Part shown: in pieces, positions 24,401-36,400 of the stretch | Numbering within the stretch: position 1 is the stretch's first letter | Layout of the letters: every line of letters starts with the position of its first letter | Origin: Sphyrna mokarran | Lineage: Eukaryota | Assembly (NCBI GenBank): GCA_024679065.1 | Contig: JAGIQG010000014.1 | Coordinates: 72,912,001-72,976,000 of the forward strand | Length of the DNA: 64,000 nt | Direction: 5' to 3' | Notes under the pieces: generated by a model | What the model saw: only the letters and a program-made list of their open reading frames with translations | Database searches by the model: none | What the model was told of the DNA's origin: nothing | Translations under genes and position numbers: made by a program

Positions 24401-27400
24401 CACTTAATGGCCAGATACCGACCTGTCCACCACAGGAATCGGAGCAGGCGAGGAGGGGTCCATGGACAGGTCCATTGACATTGATTTTATGGTTTCAGGA
24501 CAAACAAATGTGAAAAATCCCACCCATTGTGCCCGCTAACAGTGTTTAACCTTTATTCAAAGAACAAAGAAAATTACAGCACAGGCCCTCCAAGCCTGCA
24601 TCAACCATGCTGCCTAACTGAACCAAAACCCCTACTCTTCCAGGGACTATATCCCTCTATTTCCATCCAATTCATATAGTTGTCCAAAAGCCTCTTAAAA
24701 TTCATATATCATATCCACTTCCATTATCTCCCTTGGCAGTGAGTTCCAGGCACCCACCACTCTCTGTGTAAAAAAATCTGCCTTGTACATCTCTTTTAAA
24801 CTTTACCTCTCACATTTTAAACCTGTGCCCCCAGTAATTGACTCTTCCACCCTGGGAAAAAGCTTCTGACTACCTACTCTGTCCTTGCCTTTCATAATCT
24901 TCTATCAGGTCGCCCCTCAATCTCTATCGTTCCATCCAGTTGTGTAAAGTGTAATGTCTTGTTTTACTTCTTTTAATAGAACATAGAACATAGAACATTA
25001 CAGCACAGAACAGGCCCTTCGGCCTTCGATGTTGTGCCGACCAAAATGAAAAGCAATGCCCCTCCAAACTAAACCATTCCCTTCTCTTCCATATACTTAT
25101 CAATTAACCTCTTAAACGCCACCAAACTTGGCGCATCTACAACAGCTGCAGGCAGGGCATTCCACTCCCTAATCACTCTTTGAGTAAAGAACCTACCTCT
25201 GATATCCGTCCTATAACTCATACCCCTTAATTTAAAGCTGTGTCCCCTCGTGCTAGCTTTCTCCTTCCTAGGAAAAAGGCTATCACTGTCCACCCTATCT
25301 AAACCTCTAATCATCTTATATGCTTCAATAAGATCCCCTCTTAGCCGCAAAGTAGCTGGAAGTTACCTTTGGACTTTCCTTGTCTGGGTCAATGTACGAA
25401 ATGGGCATATCCATCATCATAGGTCGGAGGTGCATGATTTGCTTAGGCTCTAAAGAGATAAATGGAAATTATTTTGTTATGAGTGCAACTCATTGCCAGC
25501 ATGGAGAGAAGGCATCGAAACAGATTTCCACCTTTCAACAAGGTCGCATTTCGGTGCGAAAGACTGAACTTATTTCCTTTTTGCAGAAGAAGCAATTTTC
25601 CTCCACCTTCCCAACTCCACACCATTTTCATCTGGACTTTTGGCAGGTTGGGGGCAAAAGCACACACTCGCCCTTTCCTGAGGTCAGGAGTCCACGTTGT
25701 GAAGACTACCTCCTCCCGCATGCTATTTTCATGTGCTGGAATGAGTATATTCAAACAAAAAAAAACATGGACAGCACGTGACCCTTCAGAAAGCCTGGGG
25801 AGTTGGGAACATTTTTACAGGAAGTGTTAAATGTTTTGACACCTTCAAATGTTACTGTAAGAAGTTATATTGCAATGTGGATCTGTTTCGATGCACTACT
25901 TCATTCCAGAACTCTACTCCGCAAAGATAAATTGTACATTACGTTGAATACCAGTGTATAAGCATTGATATGCATTAAAGTACTTTTTCCCATGAAGAAA
26001 ATGCTATAATGCATGCAAAAAAATGTTGCTCCTCCACTTTGATTGAAAGGTAATCTGTTTTAAAATGCAAAATTCAACATCTACTCTTTCAATTTCAGCC
26101 TTTGGAGTTGGAAACTCAATAATCTTTTGATAGCTGTGGCTATTATGAATGTTTGGCTGATCTTGAAAATTTGATGGGCCATGGCATGGCTGTTCAGGAA
26201 TATAATTGACAGTTTTGTTAAATTGCATTAACAGAAAATGCATAATGAGCCTATTTTAAGGAACAGATCTCTAGCTATCTAATTCTGTTGATATAGTTTC
26301 CAGATGGCCTCATTATAAATGGTTAACTGATCACTAATACTTACAACCAGATTAGCTGAGCCTGGGTTCTGTTTGATTGACACGTTTATGAGGTTATGGT
26401 CAGTTATCTTTTTCTTTGTTGTTTTGCCAATGTCTGTATGTATATTTGGACAGGACTAAGAGTTATGAAATGAAGCTTTGCTTATTAATGTTATTAATGT
26501 CTCTGTAAGAACAGTGGTTATTTTTGCAAATCAGATTTCTGAATGCTTTTCCCCCTCAGCATTAGTGAAATTTATTATGACACAGCTAATTGGTTCTGGT
26601 GTGCAAGGATATGGTGGGAGAGGGACAGTATAGATAAGACATTTTATGATTACTTTTCAAAAGGTTCCTGAATCTAGACTGTGGGCACAGCCTACACCCC
26701 CTCATGCTCTGAGTGGGTGTGGGCTATAAGTTACCTAAAAGCTGGTCTGGCTTCATGGAAATTGCAGAGAGGGGGGTAGTATGGAGAGGTGGATATAAGA
26801 ATATGAGATTCCTATCCTAGCACTGAGGCTGACCAGTTGGGAGTATAGTCTAACTCGCCATCACCATCCTCATCCTGTGCCAGTGAGAACTGTTGGCACT
26901 TGGAATGGGGGCAGGAATCCCAGGATCAGACCCAGTCGGCTTTCAATCCAGCCTATCTCTGCTCCGGCACGGACCGAGAGCATGAGAATCTGGTCACCAG
27001 ATTGTGGTTACACACGAGTGTTATGGGTGATGGAAGTAAGGTGATCGATGTTGAGATACAGATCCATCATGAACTAATTAAATACAGCAGACACAAGGAT
27101 GCCCCTCTCCCCATCATTGAATTGTAAAGCCTTGCAGCAGTAAAGTGACGATTCTGTTCATCCTGTCAGTGTAAAAGCTCTCCAATCCCATGTAATTTCC
27201 ATAATCTTGTGGCTTAGTCCTCTTAAATATCCATTTACCTTGTGAAATTTCTAATGCTGATACCACCTGAAACTAAGGGGCAATTTAGCATGGCCACTTC
27301 ACCTAATCTGCGCATCTTTGGAGTGTTGGAGGAAACTGGAGCACCTGGAGAAAACTCACAGAGACACGGGGAGAACGTATGAACTCCACACAGACAGTCA

Positions 27401-30400
27401 CCCAAGCCGGGAATCGAAACTGGGTCTTGGGGATGGCAAAGTGGCACAGTGGTTAGCACTGCTGCCTCACAGCACCAGGAGCCCAGGTTCAACTTCCAGC
27501 TTGGGTCACTGTCTGTGTGGAATCTGCACATTCGCTTCGTGTTCTGCGTAGGTTTCTTCCAGATGCTCCGGTTTCCTCCCACAATCCGAAAGACATGCTG
27601 GTTGGGTGCATTGGCCATGCTAAATTCTCCCTCAGTGTACCCGAACAGGTGCCGGAGTATGGTGACTGGGGGATTTTCACAGTAACTTAATTGCAGTGTT
27701 AACGTAAGCCTACTTGTGACACTACTTAAAAAACGTTAAACTTATGAGCCCGGTTGCTGACACAGATTACTGTTGCTAACCTTGTTTGTGCAGTGCTCAA
27801 TCATGGTGTACGTGGGTCTGCTTACTATTGAGGCTCAGTGTGCTTGAGCCTGGTTGCTGACTCTGATGAAAGTAAATGAGCTGTAGAAAGAGCTAGAAGT
27901 CGAGAGCTGAGTGGAATTAAGTGCTGTAAATCCAACTCCTGCACAGTTAGGAACTAGTGTCAATTCTGCATAATGCTCAACTTGCTTTCAGTCTATTCAC
28001 CATTTAGCTAATATCGTATTGTCCTGTCTCGGGGTCCCTCAGATTTACTTGGGCTTGAGTCAAGGCACTGAAAGGAAAGAGGATGTACGTACTGACTGGA
28101 TTCCGGCTTGAAGAATACTTGTTTTCAATGCGATCCGTTGTCTTCTGCAGATCTGTGATCCTGTCCTGTTGCTTCAGCAAGAACATGACGCTGACTACCT
28201 GTCCAGCGATTAGCATGGCCGCCAGCACGGTCACACCGCCCCAGAGGAGGCTTCGAGAGCACTTGCTGCTGCTGGAAAATAGACATGTCAAATGGAGAGT
28301 TACTGGAGTGCTTTCTGAGGTTGAAGACGATGCCATTCCCAAAACAATTAAACTAACCAAACTGAGGGACAAAGGGGCAACCCCTTAAAGGAAGGAGAAT
28401 CACCCAAAACAAAAAACAAAGCATAAAGGAAATATCAAACTAAAATGTGATCAGAAGAGTCAATAATACATCCCTGCGGTGCCCAATGAGTACAGAAGAT
28501 CTCAGCAGTGCTCCCGGACACTGCACGCTCCCTGTGTAGGCACATCCAGCTGCGAATATAGCTGTGGAAGAGGGGCAGGCAGTCAGTTCAGATGACTCCC
28601 TCAGTTGCCCACTGCCTAGACCTGTTTATGGGAAGCTTCATCAGGCCCAGAGGCAGGTTCACAAGGAAGTTCTCTGCCTTCCCCACCTGCCCCCCCCCCG
28701 CACTAGGCGATTGAAGCAATCGACAAACTTTGAACTTACACTGCAGTATCTTCTACTTCCAATTATTCCCACGGCTAATCACCCCACATTCCTCCCACAG
28801 CTATTGGAAAGTCAACAGGCTTATCATTACGTGATTGGATGGTCAATCAGATGAACATTTGCTTCTCCTCCCCTAGCATCTCCAAATTTTTTAAGTCCTG
28901 CAGTAAAAGTACTGAGAGGACAATTGTAACTCCCCTTTCAGTTACTCTCAGGGGTGTCCTGGGGGTTAATCCCAGGAGATCTAGTGACCATATCAACTCC
29001 CTCTTCTTTTCTTTTGATTTCTTAACCTTTCTTTATAACTCAAATCACTTAACACTCAGTCCTTAAGCTGTTTTCTGCATTTCTTCCAGGACTATCATCT
29101 TTTATCATGTTTGTTCTTGAGAAGAGAGGCCATCACCTACTGACGACCCTTAAGCAGACAGTGATGAGTTGTGTATCCCACTTGACCTCGGGGCAGCACG
29201 GTGGCACAATGGTTATCACTGTTGCCTCACAGCACCAGGCATCCAGTTTCATTCTTGGCTTGGGCCACTGTCTGTCCAGAGTCTGCACGTTCTCCCCATG
29301 TCTGCGCGGGATTTCTCCGGATGCTCTGGTTTCCTCCCGCACTCCAAAGAAGTGTAAATTTGGTGGATTGGCCAAGCTAAATTTCCTGTTATTGCCAGGG
29401 GGAACTAGCAAGGGTAAAATGCATGGGGCTATGAGGATAGGGTCTGGGTGGGATTGTAGTCAATGCAGACTCGCTGGGCCGAATGGCCTCCTTCTGCACT
29501 TCCGTGATCATTTCAGAGAGGCAGTTGAGAGTCAATCACATTGCAGTAGATCTGGAGTCAGATGTGGACCAGACCAGGTAAGGAAGCAGATTTCTTTCCC
29601 TAAGGGACATCAGTGAACCAGATGGGTTTTTATAACGATCAATGATGGTTTCATGGTCACCATTACTACTTTTATAATCCAACTGTAATGATGGAATTTG
29701 AACCCATGTCCCAGAGCAATTACTAACCAATGTTATTGCCATTACGCCATCATCTCTCTCTATAAATATTTCATGAGTACATATTGTTGTTGATATTATT
29801 ACCACAACCTTATTAGTCCCTATCTCTGCCCTGCAACAGGCCCGATCTGAATGTGTGGATTATCTGAGAATTTTCATTGTTTTCCCAGAATTCAGGTTCT
29901 GTGGATCACAGAGAGTCACACAAGATCCGGAAAGTCCCAAGAAATCCTCCAATGAGCTAATGCTCATGAGGGGCAAAGGTCAGTGTGTTATTGAGGGGCA
30001 AGAGTAGCTGCGCTAATGAAGGGCAAAGGTCACTGTGCTGACAAGGGTCAAGGGTCACTGGGCTAATGAAGGGCAAGGGCCAGTGTGCTAAAGAGGGTCA
30101 AGGGTTACTGCCCTCGCGAGAGGAAAGGTCACTGCGTTGACAAGGGTCAAGGGTCACTGCACTAACAAGGTGCAAGAGTCACTGCATTTTAATGTCTTGC
30201 GTATTGGTGTAACCTATCAGCTATCAGTACCATTTTAGGAGACCTTTCTACATGGGTAATATGTGCTAACAAGTAGTGGGGGTAAGTTAAAGGTCCATGG
30301 AGGGCTAGAGGAGATTGCAGAGAGAGCCAGGAGGTATCCAGTGTAGGGTAAAGCCATGAGGAATGTGAATTGTTAATCTAAGGTAATCCTGAACTGGGGC

Positions 30401-33400
30401 ACGTTGAGAGCTGCCTTGAGTTGTCTGAGGGAGTTTCTGGACTAAGGATTGTTCTAAGATTTATTTTACGAGAATGTTATTATGATTGAGCCTGAACATG
30501 GAAATCCCTAACTGATTGTAGTCAGGAATTCTAGAAACTTCCGCTGTATGACAATTAACAGCAGAAGAGATTCAAGGTCATTGTAAGGAACCTTCCTGTT
30601 TGATTTCATTCTGTAGGACGGACAGTAGTGGCCTTCTGCCCAGTTTCTCGTTCAATAGTTATTTGCTTGATCACTATCAGTGAAGCCAATATTCTGACCT
30701 CCACCACCATGTTGGTATGACCTTGTATCATGTGTAAAAGTGAAACTGGATTTCCTATTGATGCTGAGACATTATTTCTGTTGGTCAGGGAGTCAAAAAC
30801 ATAAGCACTGTCTCATAAAAACACAAGAACTAGGAGCAAGTGTAGGCCACCTAGCCCTTCAAGCCTGCTCCACCATTCAATAAGATCATGGCTAATTTTT
30901 TTTGTGGACTCAGCTCACTTACCCGCCCGCTCACCATAATCCTTAATTCCTCTACTGTTCAAAAATGTATCTATCCTCGCCTTAAAAACATTCCATGAGG
31001 TAGCCTCAACTGCTTCACTGGGCAGAGAATTCCACAGATTCACAACCCTTCGTGTGAAGAAGTTCCTCCTCAACTCAGTCCTAGATCTGCTCCCCCTTAT
31101 TTTGAGGCTATGCCCTCTAATTCTAATTTCACCCGCCAGTGGAAACAACTTCCCTGCTTCTATCTTATCAATTTCCTTCATAATCTTATATGTTTCTGTA
31201 AGATTTCCCCTCATTCTTCTGAATTCCAAAGAGTATAACCCCAGTCTACTCAGTCGCTCCTCATAAGCCAACCCTCTCAACTCTGGAATCAACCTAGTGA
31301 ATCGCCTCTGCACTCTCTCCAGTGCCAATATATCCTTTCTCAGGACAAGGGACCGACCATTTAGGACTCAGGTGAAGAGAGATCACTTCACTCAGTGGGT
31401 TGTGAATCTTTGAAATTCTCTACCTATCCCAGAGGATGTGGAGGCTTCATCATTGAACATATTTAAGGTTGGGATACACAGATTAAAAACAAGTTATTGC
31501 AGGAATGGGAATCTGAAACCAAAAGGGAAAATGCTGGAAAATCTCAGCTGACCTGGCAGCATCTGTGAGGAGAGAAAAGAGCTGATGTTTTGAGTTCAGA
31601 TGACCCTTTGTCAAAGCTAAAAGTGTAGGAAGTGGGGGATATTTACACTATAGGGTGAGGGAATGAAAGATGAGTCATAGCCATAAAAATAAGGGGAAAG
31701 GCTGCTCATGGCAGCCCATAGCGAGAATAGAAGGTTCTTTTTCTTCTCTTCTATTCTCTCTATGGACTGTAACTGGTTAGCAACCTTTCCCCTTACTTTT
31801 GTGGCTATGACTCATCTTTCATTCCCTCACCCTGCAGTGTAAATATCTTCCACTTTCTACGCCTTTTAGCTTTGACAAAGGGTGATCTGGATTTGAAACA
31901 TCAGCTCCTTACAGATGCTGCCTGAGCTGCTAAGATTTTCCAGCATTTTCTCTTTTGGAATAGATAGATTTTTGATTTCTCAGAAAATGTTGTCAATTGT
32001 CAGAAAAACCAATCTGCTTCATTAATGCCCTTACGGAGAAGAAATCTGCCACCCTTAGCCAGTCTGGCCTATATGTGACTCCAGAGCCACAGCAATGTGA
32101 TTGACTTACAGCACAAGGGCAACTAGGGATGGGCAATGAATGATGACCAGCCAGTGATGCCCATGTCCCACGAGTGAAGAAAAATATGGGGAGTGGGTGG
32201 AAAAATGGAGTTGAAAGCTGAGATCAGCTACAACTTGATTGAAGATGGAGCTGGCTCGATGGGCCATGTGGGATACTCCTGCTGCTACATTTTGTATTAC
32301 AGTTTAGAAAGTCACTAATCGAATGTAATGAGCTTTAAAGCATCCTGAGATTGTAAAAGGAGCTATAGAAAGGAACTATAGGAGCTATATTCAGGCATTT
32401 GAATGTTTGAATTTTGCCCAATAAATTTAAAGCAGGCACCCAATTATCAAGAAACTATAAGATTTGAATTTGATGTTGTTGACAACAGCAGACCAAGCCT
32501 ATTGTAGGAAAATTGGTAGCTCATCTCAGGTAAAAGAGAGTGAGAAGAGGGAGAATCTGTTGGTTAACAACTGCCATCTCTCAAATTGAGAGCGAGATAG
32601 AGAGAAAGAGAGAGAGAATATAGAGAGAGAAAATGTAAGAGAGAGAGAAGAGAGAGCTGAATATAGGAGCTATATTTTCCTAGGATGGAGAAAGCTAGCA
32701 CGAGGGGACATTAAATTAAGGGGTGATAGTTATAGGACGGATATCAGAGGTAGGTTCTTTACCCAAAGGGTGGTTCGGGAGTGGAATGCCCTGCCTGCAG
32801 CAGTTGTAGATGCGCCAAGTTTGGTGGCGTTTAAGGGGTTAGTTGATAAGTATATGGAAGAGAAGGGAATGGTTTAGTTTGGAGGGGCATTGCTTTTTAT
32901 ATTGGTCGGAGCAACATCAAAGGCCGAAGGGCCTGTTCTGTGCTGTAATGTTTTATGTTCTATGTTCTAAATACAAGAATTTCTCTTTCAGTAAGGGATA
33001 GACAGCAAATGATGGCCCTCATCCCATTATGAATTTGAAGACTACAATTATACAGCATTTTATCCAACCAGAATTTTCAAATGTATTAATCACACAAACC
33101 AGGGATTGTCCTTACAGCTAACAGCCAAATATGTAAATCTTTTCATCCAAAGAGAAGTGGGAATCTGGTTGTGAGATATAGTTAGTGTTATCACGAGGAG
33201 GTTGTTCCCTTTAAGATGTAACGTCAAATCCCCCAGAGAGGATTCTCTCGCTTCATAATCTGTGAAAAGTGTATGGGAAGGTGTGAACTATTCTCCAGTA
33301 ACACTCACTGGGTAATGGACAGAAATACCCGACCCTCACTTTAACACAAATAATTCAACGATTTATTTATTTAACTAACTGGGAACTTTAGCTAAACAAG

Positions 33401-36400
33401 TAACGTCCTGAATCAAGTAAAATTCTACTGCAATGCTGTTCAAATAAATACTCATTCATTAACCAAAAATATTATAATAGAAATCCGTCAGTCTCAGAAA
33501 ATACAACCAGGTTTTGTGGCTTTCGGGAGCTTTTGGAATCTTTTGTGGATTCCCTTGGTCTCTGAGTTCCTTTTGATTTGGTATCTTTCTCTGGTTAGAT
33601 GGTGCATTTTCTTAGGAAATATATACAGCTATCAGGGTGGAGAGCTGTTCTCTCTCTCTCTCTCTTTCTCTCTATCCCTCTCTCAATTTGAGAGATGGCA
33701 GTTGTTAACCAACAGATTCTCCCTCTTCTCACTCTCTTTTACCTGAGATGAGCTACCAATTTTCCTACAATAGGCTTGGTCTGCTGTTGTCAACAACATC
33801 AAATTCAAATCTTATAGTTTCTTGATAACTGGGTGCCTGCTTTAAATTTATTGGACAAAATTCAAACATTCAAATGCCTGAAGCCTGTTACCAAGGCAAC
33901 CCCGTTGTTGCAGAGTTGGGAACTCTCCAGCATTGAGAGGATTTGAAAGGCCATAGCAAACAAAGTCAAGTGAGGGCAGCATGATGGCACAGTGGTTAAC
34001 ATTACTGCCTCACAATGCCAGGGAGCTAGGTTCAATTCCGGCCTTGGGCTGCTGTCTGTGCGGAGTCCACATGTTCCCCCCAGGAATGCATGTGTTTCCT
34101 CCAAGTGCTCCAGTTTCCTCTCACTGTCCAAAGATATGCAGGTTAGGTGGATTGGCCATGCTAAATTGCCCTTTAATGTCCAATAATATACAGGTTGGGA
34201 GGATTAGTGGGGTAAATGTGCAGGGTTATGGAAATAGGATCTGGGTGAGAAAGTCAGTGCTCAGTTGATGGGCTGAATGGTCCCCCTCAGAACTGTAAGG
34301 ATTCAAACGGAGGAAAATGGGATCAGATTGGAAAGCTGCTTGAGAATTGGTGCAGACACAATGGGATCAAGAGCTTCATTCTGTATTAATCACTCTATAA
34401 TAATATTATTCCCTTCTGCTGTATTTGTTTGAGAAGACCATATGGGGCAGTTCATGAAATAAAGAAATGATGAAATGTCCCAGGGAGAAAATCAAACTGA
34501 ATGTGTTTGCCAATGGGTTAAATTCTGGAACCTCCATCTCATGCCTGCTGCACAAACAGTAGCAATTTGCAAATGGCTTCCACATCCATTTATAGTTGGC
34601 AGAATTCCATTAAGATCCATTACAATAGAAATGGAGGAAGCTTTATGATGTTTTACCAGATCAGAGTCTCAATGGGTGGATGGAATTGTGAATTTGATCC
34701 CAGCAGGGTAATTTTATAAGCTTGACTTGAAAATTTACGCTGGTTGTAGAATCATCTCAGAACCTCGCAGCTTGGAAGGCCATTTGGCCTGCTGTGTCTG
34801 TACTGGCCCTTTGAAAGAGGGATTGATTTAAGTCCAATCTCCAGATGTTTACCCAGTGACAGTCTTCTTGCCCCAGGATGCTTACAGAAGTAATTAAAAT
34901 CTGAGATAACGAAGACTTCCTCTTCTAACTGAGCAATGAAAGGATGAAATATCAGAAGACAGGAAACCATCATGAGTGTGGGCAGAGATGATACGAATGA
35001 TTTTCAAGACAGAGATGAGGTAGAGAGATTCTTCCCACTTAGAAAGGATAGCAGAACTAGAGGACACAGCCTCAAAATAAGGGGAGGGGGGCAGTTTAAA
35101 TTGGAGTTGAGGAGGAACTTCTTCGCTCAAAGGGTAGTGAGTCTCTGGAATTCTCGGCCCATTGAAGTGGTGGAGGCTTCCTCATTGAATATATTTAAGT
35201 CACGGGTAGATAGATTTCTGATAGACAAGGGAATTAAGGGTTATGGGGAGAAAGTGGGAAAGTGGAACTAATCCACTTCAGATCAGCCACGATCTTATTG
35301 AATGGCGGGGCAGGCTCGAGGGGCTGGATGGCCGACTCCTGCTCCTATTTCTTATGTTCTTATGTTCAAAGCTGAATTCACCTTTTTCAAAATTAAGTCG
35401 GGAATTTTTGATTCATTTTGCCAAATAGATTGTGACAAATGTCTCAGTTTTCATCACTTCCATATTGCAGCCACAGACAGAATAGCAGCCATTTTAGAGT
35501 TATAGAAATTCCATTTTAGGTTTGACCAATTCCTCCCCGACAGTGCTCAAACAAAATGGCCAATGCAAGTACCCAAATGACAACAATAACCTTGGGACTG
35601 TGCCAATTGCTTATACATGACTGCTTTAGGCCCTAGAATTATAGAATCCTACAGTGCAGAAGGAGGCCATTCAGCTCACTGAGTCTGCACCAATGACTGT
35701 CCCACCTAGGTCCTATTCCCACAAGTCCACACATTTACCTTAGCTAGTCCCTCTGGCATTAAAGGGCATTTTAGCATGGCCAATCCACCTAACCCACACA
35801 TCTTTGGATTGTGGAAGGAAACCAGAGTACCCGGAGGAAACCCATGCAGACATGGGGAGAATGTGCAAACTCCACACAGACAGTGCCCAAGCCGGGGATT
35901 GAACCGGGGTCCCTGGCGCTGTGAAACAGCAGTGCTAATCTCTGTGCCATCGTGCAGATTTCACGAAAATCGATGCCCAGGCCCAGTTGAAATGATAAGT
36001 GGAATTTTACCACCCCCGCTCATCGCGGGCAAGGGGCAGACAGCAGGAAGGTGCTTTGGTCTCGTGTGGGATTTTACGGTGTCGGGGCGAGCCAGGCCCT
36101 AAAACCGCACCCACGATGTGAAAGAATGCCCTGCCAATAGAAGGGAGCCATTTTGTTTGTCAGGGATTGTGCTCACGTTAGCTCTTGCTGGTTTTCGTGG
36201 CTGCTTTCTGGCTAATAGAGAGGGCAGGTTTGCTCAGTTGGCTGGATGGCTGATTCATAATGCAGAGTGATACCAACGGGGGGGGAGTTTGAGTCCTGTA
36301 CCAGCCGAGGTTATCCATGAGGAGCTTTGCTCCTTGTCTGAGGTGTGGTAACCCAAAAGTTAAAATCACCACCAGTCAGCTCTCTCTCAGAAAGGGAGAG

